A DNA stretch of 32,000 bases, taken from contig DAOOUC010000006.1 of assembly GCA_035390665.1 (NCBI GenBank), positions 1-32,000 of the forward strand, written 5' to 3'. The position numbers and the translations under genes are program-made. Positions within the stretch are counted from its first letter, which is position 1. Every line of letters begins with the position of its first letter. A model generated the notes under the pieces. The model was not told the origin of the DNA. It saw only the letters and a program-made list of their open reading frames with translations, and did not search any database. Shown here one piece after another: positions 1-8,454 of this stretch. The DNA is from an archaeon (GTDB lineage Archaea; Iainarchaeota; Iainarchaeia; Iainarchaeales; CSSED10-239).

Positions 1-2
1 CA

Positions 3-113
3 TATCCTGTTGCGATAAATTTAATAGAAAATCAAAAACAATTTAAGAATACATTTGGTTTTGAGGTTAATTTAGGCGCGGTTAAGTTTAGTTGGAGTAA
101 GCAACAGATATAA
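3..113 (+). CDS. C-terminal fragment of a truncated ORF of unknown function
   Basis: Open frame from the window edge (...YPVAINLIENQKQFKNTFGFEVNLGAVKFSWSKQQI*), stop TAA at 111-113; the start is outside the window. Confidence 0.45.
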   Translation, partial: YPVAINLIENQKQFKNTFGFEVNLGAVKFSWSKQQI

Positions 114-200
114 TGGTTGAAATATACCATTTCCAAAACCTATATAAATATTTATAATTAAATATAATTATATAAGTTTGAAAGATATTAGGTTTAATAT

Positions 201-761
201 ATGAGCGAAATAGATGATTATTTAGGTGATTTATCTGAATTACAAAAATATATTATTTTATTGTTAGCTTCTAACAATAATGTACCTATAAGAGGAGATG
301 TTTGGTTTCAAAAAGAGCTTTTTTTGATTGCCAAGAATTTGAAAAATATAGATGAAGAAGCATCATTTTGTTCTGATATGTATGGGCCATATAGTGAAAA
401 TGCAGATAATCAATTAGAAGAATTGGAATTAGATGATGTAATTAAGAAAGATGGTTCTAAAATTGCAATAACTAATTATGGCAAAGAAATTGCAAAAAAG
501 ATTGAATCCAATATTGCTAAGCCAATTTTAAATATGATTTCTGATTTCAAAATACTATTAAACGATTTAGACAATGAAGAAGTGTTAGCAATTATATATT
601 TTACTTTTCCGGATTATACTGATGAATCGTTAGTAATTGCTAATATTAAAAAAGATAGAAAAGAGATAGCAATTAGATTATACAAAAAGGACAAAATTAG
701 TTTACAAAAAGCATCCGAAATCGCCGGAATTCCATTAGATAAATTCATAAGGAGTATTTAA
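201..761 (+). CDS. Putative antitoxin: N-terminal YwgA/Panacea-like domain with a C-terminal UPF0175-like helix-turn-helix segment
   Basis: 186 aa; N-term contains FQKELFLIA...FCSDMYGPYSENADNQLEEL; C-term RLYKKDKISLQKASEIAGIPLDKFI resembles UPF0175; 1-nt gap to a PIN gene. Confidence 0.6.
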   Translation: MSEIDDYLGDLSELQKYIILLLASNNNVPIRGDVWFQKELFLIAKNLKNIDEEASFCSDMYGPYSENADNQLEELELDDVIKKDGSKIAITNYGKEIAKKIESNIAKPILNMISDFKILLNDLDNEEVLAIIYFTFPDYTDESLVIANIKKDRKEIAIRLYKKDKISLQKASEIAGIPLDKFIRSI

Positions 762-762
762 T

Positions 763-1254
763 ATGAAACTAGTGGATTCTTCTTGTTTAATTTGTTTATT
801 TGGGGAGATAAATAAGCCATTTGTATTATTGGATTGGAAAAGAAATGGACACAGGATAGTAATTACAGACCAAGTAAATGATGAAATTATTTGTGGTGAT
901 TGTTACAATAAAATTGTTTCAGAAATTAAAAATGGGAATATAGAAGTTGAACATTTAATTTCCTCACAAGAAGTAGATAAATTAAGATACAGATATCTAC
1001 GATTGGGAAAAGGCGAATGTTCAATAATTCTCGCAGCATTGAAATATAATCAAAAGAAAGAAAAATATTATGCTATATTAGACGATAAAGATGCACGAAA
1101 AATTGCAAAGGAAATGGGGGTTAATTTAACAGGTACAGTGGGTTTATTACTAAAATTAAAAGAAAAAAATTGTATTTCTGAAGAAACATATACAGATTGT
1201 GTGACACAAATGAAAAATTCTAAATTTAGATTTAATTGGGAGCAGTTAGAATGA
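763..1254 (+). CDS. PIN-domain (DUF3368-like) toxin
   Basis: MKLVDSSCLICLF start, later acidic positions (GKGECSIILAAL, LDDKDARKIAKEMG) and GTVGLLLKLKEK typical of DUF3368 PIN proteins. Confidence 0.8.
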   Translation: MKLVDSSCLICLFGEINKPFVLLDWKRNGHRIVITDQVNDEIICGDCYNKIVSEIKNGNIEVEHLISSQEVDKLRYRYLRLGKGECSIILAALKYNQKKEKYYAILDDKDARKIAKEMGVNLTGTVGLLLKLKEKNCISEETYTDCVTQMKNSKFRFNWEQLE

Positions 1255-2423
1255 GTACCACTACTGATATTAAGACAATCAAATTTGATCCCGATTCATT
1301 ATATAGATCTCAGAGAATCAAATTTTCTTCATCGAAAATTATAACCACCCCAACTAAAACGATACCATTAGATAAATTCAATTTAAAACAAAACATAAAT
1401 CCAACAGCATTGCAATTAAATGAAGTATTTAAACGATTTACGGCAAGTCAAATAAAAGAAGCAAATGAAGATTGTGAAAAAGAAGACAAAGTTAATGAAT
1501 TCTTTAATTCTCAGAAGAATAAAATAAAAGAGAATACAGCAACACTTTGTATTTTAGATTTTAATGAAATTAGGATTCCGACAGAGGAGGAAATTGGATT
1601 TTTAACCGCAATAGGTTATTGTAATTCAGACATCTCAGTAATTCCAACACTAAGTCATTTTAGCGATTCAAAATCCTCTCCAATAAATTATGAAGACTAT
1701 AAAAAATATCTAGATTTAACGATAGAAATTATAGAACAGTTAAATCATAAGCCAATTATGGGAATTATTCCGCGATTATCAAGTAAAAATATCCTTGATC
1801 TTCTAAATTTTTATCACGATAAAGGAATAAACTCATTTGCTTTGGATTTAGATGGTCGGAATCCAGTTAGCTCTTCAACAAAGATATTTAAAATATTGAG
1901 AACATTAAACAAGCAGAAATTATTAGACACATCGTATATTCATGCTCACAATGTAGGTATGAGAGTTAATAAGATTACGGATACAATCCCAGCAAAGGAC
2001 ATATTGGGTTTTGGATTAGGGCTAGACAGTATTGGGGAGAAACGAAAAGAATTTAAACCCAATAAAACCTTTATAGAATTTATAAAGCAGAATCCGTTGA
2101 ATAAATTTCGTTTATTTAACAAAAATGATTATTGTTACTGGAAAACAATTTCATTATCTGATTTAAAAAATGTATATCCTGCAGATTCTAGTATATCGTT
2201 CTCTGAATTTAAAGAACCGGTAGTACTTAGAAATGCAGCATTATTTAATAAATTGCAATACAGATTTAATTCAGAGCAATTATCTATTGAATCAAACAAT
2301 ATTAAAAAAATTATTTCAGAAGATTCTGAAAATACACTGAAATATATTAAGAAAAAGAAAGGAATTTCTACTGATGATATAAAAGTAATAGAGTCTGCAC
2401 CTAACAAAATTAAGAAAAAATAA
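1251..2423 (+). CDS. Conserved-looking 390-aa protein of unknown function, third gene of the toxin-antitoxin cassette
   Basis: ATGA overlap with the PIN gene stop (ATG at 1251, TGA at 1252-1254); the ORF track start at 1236 is likely too early. Alternating strand/helix pattern suggests an alpha/beta (possibly TIM-barrel) protein. Confidence 0.75.
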   Translation: MSTTTDIKTIKFDPDSLYRSQRIKFSSSKIITTPTKTIPLDKFNLKQNINPTALQLNEVFKRFTASQIKEANEDCEKEDKVNEFFNSQKNKIKENTATLCILDFNEIRIPTEEEIGFLTAIGYCNSDISVIPTLSHFSDSKSSPINYEDYKKYLDLTIEIIEQLNHKPIMGIIPRLSSKNILDLLNFYHDKGINSFALDLDGRNPVSSSTKIFKILRTLNKQKLLDTSYIHAHNVGMRVNKITDTIPAKDILGFGLGLDSIGEKRKEFKPNKTFIEFIKQNPLNKFRLFNKNDYCYWKTISLSDLKNVYPADSSISFSEFKEPVVLRNAALFNKLQYRFNSEQLSIESNNIKKIISEDSENTLKYIKKKKGISTDDIKVIESAPNKIKKK

Positions 2424-2521
2424 AATTTAATCCACAGAAATCTATCTCAACCATCAGACCTTTAGCTTTCTAATTTTCTTTAAGCAACCCATTTAAAACC
2501 TTTTTGAGCTAATATATATTT

Positions 2522-3565
2522 ATGTTTTCTAAGGCAAAGTTTGTGTTTTCCAAAAAGGCAATCACAGATAATTATTCTAAATTACAAGAATTAACTGACA
2601 TTGTAGCCTATAGCGTAAAATCAAATCCTTACCTAACAGAAACACTTGAACAAAAAACAAACTCCTTATTTCTAATACATCATATTAATGAACTAAATTA
2701 TATCAAAGACATAAATAGAATAATATTTATGCTACACTGCCCAGAAAAAGAAGAACTAGATATTCTTTTTAAAAAAGGTATAGACAAATTCATAGTGGAT
2801 AATATTAATGACCTAAATTTCTTAGAAAAATACATAAAAACACAAAATAAACAAATAACCTTACTTCTAAGAATGAGATTAAAAGAATATACAGTACAAA
2901 CAGGAAGATACTTTGTATATGGCTTCTTCTCAAAAGACATAAATGAACTAATACCTGAACTAAAAACTAATAATAACATAAAAGAACTAGGAATACATGT
3001 GCATAGAAAAACACAAAACCTCTCAGAATGGAACCTAGTTGAAGAACTAGAGGAGTCTTTGTCTAAAGAAACTTGGGAAAACCTAAACTACCTAGACATT
3101 GGCGGAGGAATACCAATAGATTACAAAAACGTCAAAGCAGAAACCCTTAAAGACATCTACAAGAAAATAAAAGAACTAAAAAGCCATATCAATAGAAAAA
3201 ACATAAAACTAATAATTGAACCAGGAAGAGCAATTGCTGGACCTAGCGGTAAACTTATTGCTACTATAAAAAACATTGTTGGAGATAATATATTTATTGA
3301 TGCCTCTGTCTTTAACTCAGCTATGGATTTAATTGTAGCTAATGTTAAACTTCTTGTGGAAGGAGAACTAGAGGAAACAGATAAAGGAGCTAAAGCTTAT
3401 GTCATTAAAGGACTAACTCCTGCTTCAGAAGACATCTTTAGATATAGAGTATATCTTAAAAATCCTAAAGTAGGAGACCAAATAGTCTTTCTTAACGCAG
3501 GGGCATACATTTACTACACAGATCTTTTCAATCTTGAAAGACCAGAAATAGTTTTTGAGGAATAA
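2522..3565 (+). CDS. PLP-dependent fold-type III amino acid decarboxylase family (ornithine/arginine/diaminopimelate decarboxylase-like)
   Basis: YSVKSNP (PLP-lysine region), LDIGGGIP, IIEPGRAI motifs; adjacent to an agmatinase-like gene. Confidence 0.8.
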   Translation: MFSKAKFVFSKKAITDNYSKLQELTDIVAYSVKSNPYLTETLEQKTNSLFLIHHINELNYIKDINRIIFMLHCPEKEELDILFKKGIDKFIVDNINDLNFLEKYIKTQNKQITLLLRMRLKEYTVQTGRYFVYGFFSKDINELIPELKTNNNIKELGIHVHRKTQNLSEWNLVEELEESLSKETWENLNYLDIGGGIPIDYKNVKAETLKDIYKKIKELKSHINRKNIKLIIEPGRAIAGPSGKLIATIKNIVGDNIFIDASVFNSAMDLIVANVKLLVEGELEETDKGAKAYVIKGLTPASEDIFRYRVYLKNPKVGDQIVFLNAGAYIYYTDLFNLERPEIVFEE

Positions 3566-3568
3566 ATT

Positions 3569-3685
3569 ATGAATAAAGAAATAAAAAATAAAACTAAGGC
3601 AAAAAAAGAGTTGTTTTCTTTATTAGATAACCCTGCAAAAATTAAAGGCAAGATACCTAAACATAGAAGGGAACTTTATGAATAA
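3569..3685 (+). CDS. Small 38-aa ORF between decarboxylase and ureohydrolase genes
   Basis: ATG at 3569, TAA at 3683-3685; MNKEIKNKTKAKKELFSLLDNPAKIKGKIPKHRRELYE; fills the intergenic gap and overlaps the start of the next gene. Confidence 0.5.
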   Translation: MNKEIKNKTKAKKELFSLLDNPAKIKGKIPKHRRELYE

Positions 3686-4574
3686 TTTTATGAATCTTCC
3701 AAAGGAATATAGGGACAAGAACAAGTCAAAGGTTGTAATACTTCCAATATCTTTTAAGACAAAGACCACAAGAAAGAACGAAAGTCATCTTGGGCCTAAG
3801 GCAATCATAGAGGCAAGCCAAGAACTAGAATACTTTGAAGAAGATTTACTTTGTGAGCCTCACGAGAAAGGCATTTACACAGAAGAACAATTAACAATTA
3901 AAGAAACAGACTTTACAAAGATTAAACACAAAATCCTGGACAAGACAAAGAAAATAAACAACAAGTTTCCAATAATCCTTGGTAGCGACCACTCAACAAC
4001 AATTCCAGTAATCGAAGCATTGGAAGAAAAAGAAAAAGATTTTGGAGTAATTGTGTTTGACGCGCACTCAGATTTAAGAGAGCAGTGGGGAAAAGACACT
4101 TGGTGGCATGCTTGCGTGTCAAGAGAAATATCAAAGAAACATAAAACCCTTCTTGTTGGTGTAAGATCAATGGACAACAACGACATAGATTTCTTACAAT
4201 CAAAAAAAGGAAACAATACTGGACTAATATTTGCAAAAGACCTATTGTCTTCTAAGAAACAACATAACTGGGATCTTTCTTCCTGTTTTGAATTAGAGGA
4301 AAAGTTAAGACCATTACCAAAGAAAGTTTATATCTCAATAGATGTTGATGTGTTTGATCCATCAATCATAAGATACACAGACACTCCTGAACCAGGAGGT
4401 CTTGACTGGACACAAGTAAATAATCTTTTAAAAAAGATTTTTGAAGAAAAAGAAGTAATTGGAGTAGACCTAGTTGAGTTTTCTCCACAGCCTAAAGAAA
4501 AAGCAGTATTCTGCGAAAGCTATCTTCTTTCAAAACTGATTTATAAAATAATTGCATATAAATATTATAGGTAA
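3678..4574 (+). CDS. speB: Ureohydrolase family protein (agmatinase/arginase-like)
   Basis: GSDHSTT, DAHSDLR, SIDVDVFDPS and GVDLVEFSP metal-binding signatures. Confidence 0.85.
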   Translation: MNNFMNLPKEYRDKNKSKVVILPISFKTKTTRKNESHLGPKAIIEASQELEYFEEDLLCEPHEKGIYTEEQLTIKETDFTKIKHKILDKTKKINNKFPIILGSDHSTTIPVIEALEEKEKDFGVIVFDAHSDLREQWGKDTWWHACVSREISKKHKTLLVGVRSMDNNDIDFLQSKKGNNTGLIFAKDLLSSKKQHNWDLSSCFELEEKLRPLPKKVYISIDVDVFDPSIIRYTDTPEPGGLDWTQVNNLLKKIFEEKEVIGVDLVEFSPQPKEKAVFCESYLLSKLIYKIIAYKYYR

Positions 4575-4584
4575 GTGAAAAAAT

Positions 4585-6117
4585 ATGTTTAAGAAAATAT
4601 TAGTTATTTTAATATTATTAATGTCTGTGGGGTTAGTGCTTGCCGCAGATTCTAATTGTGAAGACGAAAACACAACAGTTTGTACTATTGAACCTGGAGA
4701 ACCATTGTTTGGAAAATTACTTACAAAAGACACAATTAACCAAACAGAAAAAACAGAAATATTTGGTTTAGTTTACTTTACAGGAATTGGTTGTCCTCAT
4801 TGTGCTAAAGTTGATCCAATCTTATTAAAGAAAATGCCATTTGAAAATAATAATTTAGCAATAATTGAATATGAAGTCAAATTAAATCAAGAAAATGCAA
4901 AACTAATGGTTGAATATAATAATGAGTTTGAATCAGGTCTTGGTTATCCATTAATTATTTTAAGTCAATATGATTCTTTTGTTTCAGGAGACATAGTCCC
5001 TAAAGTTGAAAGATCACTAGAACAAGGAAAAACAAACGATGTTCCTTTCCCAGCAACAGTTTATGAAAAAGGAACAACAGCCTTTGAAAATATAGAATTT
5101 AGTAAATTAAAAGGCAAACCAGTCATCTGGTATAATGGAAAAGTAATTTCAAGATTCTATGATGGAGAAACCCCAGTTGATGATAAGATATTACATGAAA
5201 TATTAAATGCAAAGACTCCAGAAGAGATTGAAGAAGTAATAAAGAAATATGATTACCACACAATAGATGATAAAAGAATACAACTATCTCAAACTGAAAT
5301 TGTTTTTGATAACACAATACATTTACCTGGTTGGAAAATATATTATAATGGGGAAAGTACACTTAGTTATGTTGCTTGTCCAATAACCACAGAAGTAACA
5401 GAACAAGACTGTGCAGAAAAGAAAAAAATTCCATTACTTACAGTTGTTTCTTTAGCTTTAGTTGATGCTGTTAATCCTTGTGAGTTTGCAGTTTTAATTA
5501 TGTTATTGATTGCTATAATGACTGCATATCCAAAAAATAAGAAAAAAACACTTCAAGCAGGACTTGCATTTACTGCTGCAATTTTTATTTTATATTTTAT
5601 TTATGGAGTGTTATTAATAAATGTCTTTAAATTAATACCAGGAATTGATTCAATTAGAACTGTAGTTTATACAATTATTGCTTGTATTGCAATATTGATT
5701 GGACTATTACAATTAAAAGACTTCTTTGATTATAAGCCAGGAGGATTTTTAACAGAAATGCCAATGTCGTTTAGACCAAAGGTCCAAAAGATGATATCAA
5801 GTATAACTTCACCAGGGGGTGCGTTTATTGTTGGAGCATTTGTAACACTTTTCTTGATGCCATGCACTATTGGGCCATATGTGATTTTAGGAAACTTGCT
5901 AGCATCTGAGACAATCCTTGCAGCTCTTCCACAGTTATTATTGTACAATATAATTTTCATACTTCCAATGCTTGCTATAACCTTTACAGTTTACTTTGGA
6001 GTAAGAAAAGTTGATCAAGTAGCAGAATGGAAAGCAAGAAACACAAAGTACATGCATTTAATAGCAGGAATCATAATGTTATTAATAGGTATTGGAATGT
6101 TATTAGGGTGGTTTTAA
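4585..6117 (+). CDS. Membrane thiol-disulfide protein: N-terminal thioredoxin-like domain (CPHC) fused to a CcdA/DsbD-like transmembrane domain
   Basis: Signal peptide, FTGIGCPHCAKV motif, DAVNPCEFAVLIMLL and FLMPCTIGPYVI in a multi-TM C-terminal region. Confidence 0.8.
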   Translation: MFKKILVILILLMSVGLVLAADSNCEDENTTVCTIEPGEPLFGKLLTKDTINQTEKTEIFGLVYFTGIGCPHCAKVDPILLKKMPFENNNLAIIEYEVKLNQENAKLMVEYNNEFESGLGYPLIILSQYDSFVSGDIVPKVERSLEQGKTNDVPFPATVYEKGTTAFENIEFSKLKGKPVIWYNGKVISRFYDGETPVDDKILHEILNAKTPEEIEEVIKKYDYHTIDDKRIQLSQTEIVFDNTIHLPGWKIYYNGESTLSYVACPITTEVTEQDCAEKKKIPLLTVVSLALVDAVNPCEFAVLIMLLIAIMTAYPKNKKKTLQAGLAFTAAIFILYFIYGVLLINVFKLIPGIDSIRTVVYTIIACIAILIGLLQLKDFFDYKPGGFLTEMPMSFRPKVQKMISSITSPGGAFIVGAFVTLFLMPCTIGPYVILGNLLASETILAALPQLLLYNIIFILPMLAITFTVYFGVRKVDQVAEWKARNTKYMHLIAGIIMLLIGIGMLLGWF

Positions 6118-6141
6118 TACAATCAAAATGGAGATAAAATT

Positions 6142-6498
6142 ATGTCAAGAAATTTAAGAGAACTTGGAGAAATAATAATTAAATTTAATGATAAAAGGAA
6201 TTGGCAAAAATATCAAACACCAAAAGATTTAGTAATAGGGATTTCTACAGAAGCTGGAGAATTACTAGATCATTTTAGATTTAAAACTGATGATGATATT
6301 AAACAAATTTTAGAAAATTCAAAACGAAAAGAAGACATTGCTGAAGAAGCGGCAGATGTATTGTGGTTTTTATTATTATTTGCAGAAAGAAATAATATTG
6401 ATTTAGAAGATGCATTATTAAAGAAATTAGAAAAAAATGATAAAAGATTTCCTGTAGAAAAATATACAGGATATTGGGAAAAACCAGGAAGAGAATAA
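6142..6498 (+). CDS. MazG-like nucleotide pyrophosphohydrolase
   Basis: ISTEAGELLDHF...EDIAEEAADVLWFLLLFAE is the EExxE-ExxD arrangement of the MazG/iMazG family. Confidence 0.85.
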   Translation: MSRNLRELGEIIIKFNDKRNWQKYQTPKDLVIGISTEAGELLDHFRFKTDDDIKQILENSKRKEDIAEEAADVLWFLLLFAERNNIDLEDALLKKLEKNDKRFPVEKYTGYWEKPGRE

Positions 6499-6539
6499 TT
6501 GTTTTATTTTTAACCGAATATTTTTAAATGTGATAAAAT

Positions 6540-6977
6540 ATGATTAAAATAAAAAGACTAACAGAAACTGCAAAAGTTCCAACAAAGGCACATGAAGAAG
6601 ATGCGGGTTATGATCTTTATGCAGATGAAGAAAAAATTATTCCTGCACAATCAAGAGAATCAATACACACAGGAATTGCAATAGAGCTTCCAGACCTTCA
6701 AGAAGAAAATAAAGAAATATATGTGAGAATTGCTCCTCGTTCAGGTCTTTCGGTTAAATCTGGGATTGATATCTTTGGTGGAGTAATTGACAGAGGATAC
6801 ACAGGAGAACTTGTAGTTTGTATGTTTAATAGTTCTAAAGAAGAATTTAAAGTAAACAAAGGAGACAAAATTGCCCAAATGATTCCAACAATAATCTATA
6901 AAGATAACTTAGTAGAAGTAACAGAACTTCAAGAAAGCAAAAGAGGAGAAAAAGGATTTGGAAGTTCAGGAAAATAA
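6540..6977 (+). CDS. dut: dUTP diphosphatase (dUTPase)
   Basis: DAGYDLYA, PRSGLSVKSGI, GVIDRGYTGEL, GDKIAQM and C-terminal RGEKGFGSSG motifs. Confidence 0.95.
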   Translation: MIKIKRLTETAKVPTKAHEEDAGYDLYADEEKIIPAQSRESIHTGIAIELPDLQEENKEIYVRIAPRSGLSVKSGIDIFGGVIDRGYTGELVVCMFNSSKEEFKVNKGDKIAQMIPTIIYKDNLVEVTELQESKRGEKGFGSSGK

Positions 6978-7045
6978 CTTAATTAATTATATTTATAATC
7001 CTTTTCCTACTTAATATTAATAGAATACTGCGATTTTTGTTAGGT

Positions 7046-7103
7046 GCGAGCAACCGCAGATAACTGCGGAAACAATTGCGCGCGAGCCTAGCGAAACAGG
7101 CTC
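7046..7103 (+). ncRNA. Candidate structured RNA immediately 5' of tRNA-Gly
   Basis: GC-rich island; hairpin CCGCAG-ATAA-CTGCGG (7054-7069), flanking GCGAGCAA/TTGCGCGC stem (7046-7053 with 7076-7083, one A-G mismatch), then perfect GAGCCT/AGGCTC hairpin (7084-7103). Confidence 0.5.
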
Positions 7104-7104
7104 T

Positions 7105-7176
7105 GCAACTATAGTCTAGCGGTTAGGATCTCAGCCTTCCAAGCTGATGAGCCGGGTTCGAATCCCGGTAGTTGCA
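7105..7176 (+). tRNA. tRNA-Gly (TCC)
   Basis: GCAACTA/TAGTTGC acceptor stem, TCAGC-CTTCCAA-GCTGA anticodon arm, CCGGG-TTCGAAT-CCCGG T arm. Confidence 0.95.
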
Positions 7177-7244
7177 CTTTTTTAATTATAGTCTATTTTT
7201 GTCTAATAAAAACATTTTAAAGAGTTATCTCTTACTATTTTTAT

Positions 7245-7988
7245 ATGAGAAAAAGATTGGATATTTCTAAGAATCCAATATTTAGAAAAATGGTAGGTAA
7301 ACCACTTAGAAAACCAAGATTGGAGTTTAATGAGAAAACTAATGTAGCTTTAGCTATTACTCCAAAGACAAGAACAACATTAAAAGAAAATCCAGGGATT
7401 CTTCTTAAATTTTTAAAATTTGTAAGAGAAGGTAAAAATTCTTCTACAACAAAATTGTTTTCATTTAAAAGATCAAAACAATCTAATTCTTTTTTAGTAG
7501 AAACTAAAGAACAAAAGTTATATGTTAGAAAGATAGAACAAGTAAATAAAGAAAGACCCTGGGGAAATCACGCATATAATTCTGCATTAATTATGTCCGA
7601 ATTAGAAGCACACGGGGTTAATACAGTACCTGTTGAATTTGCATATAGTAATCTAAAAAAAGGAGAAAGTTATATTGCTTATGATTACAAAGAATTAGAA
7701 AAACTACAAACACTTGAGAAAGCAAAAAAAGCAAGAACATTAACTGAAGCTGAAATTAAAGAATTTGAAGGTAATGTTTTTAACATAAATGCTAAATATT
7801 ACTACAAGATATTATCTAAATTAAAAAAAACAAAACCAACAAGAGAAAAACTATTATTTAGTTTCTATAAGGAGCACGAGATTTTATTTAACCCAACAAC
7901 AAGAAAATTTGTAGTATTTAATCCAGAAATAGATTTAAGAAGAAACAAATTGGAATATAATAAAAGATTTGCAGCAGAAGATTATTAA
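7245..7988 (+). CDS. Divergent kinase-fold-like protein, member 1 of a three-paralog family
   Basis: Shared pattern ENPGILLKFLKF / KLYVRKIEQ / ALIMSELEAHGVNTVPVEFAY / SYIAYDY / KFVVFNPEID with ORFs at 8455 and 22002. Confidence 0.5.
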   Translation: MRKRLDISKNPIFRKMVGKPLRKPRLEFNEKTNVALAITPKTRTTLKENPGILLKFLKFVREGKNSSTTKLFSFKRSKQSNSFLVETKEQKLYVRKIEQVNKERPWGNHAYNSALIMSELEAHGVNTVPVEFAYSNLKKGESYIAYDYKELEKLQTLEKAKKARTLTEAEIKEFEGNVFNINAKYYYKILSKLKKTKPTREKLLFSFYKEHEILFNPTTRKFVVFNPEIDLRRNKLEYNKRFAAEDY

Positions 7989-8009
7989 TTATAATGGAGG
8001 ATAAATAAA

Positions 8010-8432
8010 ATGGTAAAAGGATGTATTTTTTGTAAAATTTCAAAAGGGAAGATGCCTTGCTATAAGGTTTATGAAGATAAAAAAATTATTGCTTTTTTAG
8101 ATATTAATCCAATAACTAAAGGACATACACTTGTGATACCTAAAAAACACCATGAAAATATCTTTGATTGTAAGGATAAAATTTTAGAAAAGATTATTAA
8201 AGTCGCTCAAAAGATTGCAATTAATTATAAGGAAAAATTAGGATGTACTGGAGTAAATGTATTAAATGCTTCTGGGCAATCAGCAGAACAATCAGTATAT
8301 CATATTCATTTTCATATAATTCCAAGATTTGATGAAGATGGTTATAAAACCTGGCCAAATACAGGATATCAAAAAGAAGATTTAGAAAGTTTAACAAATA
8401 AATTAAAACTTGAAGAAAATGGTAAAGAATAG
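8010..8432 (+). CDS. HIT family hydrolase (histidine triad)
   Basis: CIFCKISKGKMPCYKVYED start and HIHFHIIPR histidine triad. Confidence 0.95.
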   Translation: MVKGCIFCKISKGKMPCYKVYEDKKIIAFLDINPITKGHTLVIPKKHHENIFDCKDKILEKIIKVAQKIAINYKEKLGCTGVNVLNASGQSAEQSVYHIHFHIIPRFDEDGYKTWPNTGYQKEDLESLTNKLKLEENGKE

Positions 8433-8454
8433 ACAAATAAATCTAAATAAATCA

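Noticed and set aside
2135-2407. Minus-strand ORFs opposite larger genes (also 2698-2979, 3875-4236, 5123-5362, 5730-5960, 8221-8436, 9971-10426, 22756-23064, 25147-25497, 26609-26896, 27734-27952, 30287-30502)
   Set aside because: They are antisense or embedded in well-supported genes, and their Ser/Phe/Leu-rich translations are typical of AT-rich complementary strands.
7046-7103. Interpretation of the GC-rich tract as a second, degenerate tRNA
   Set aside because: It lacks a T arm, a 7-bp acceptor pair and a recognisable anticodon arm.
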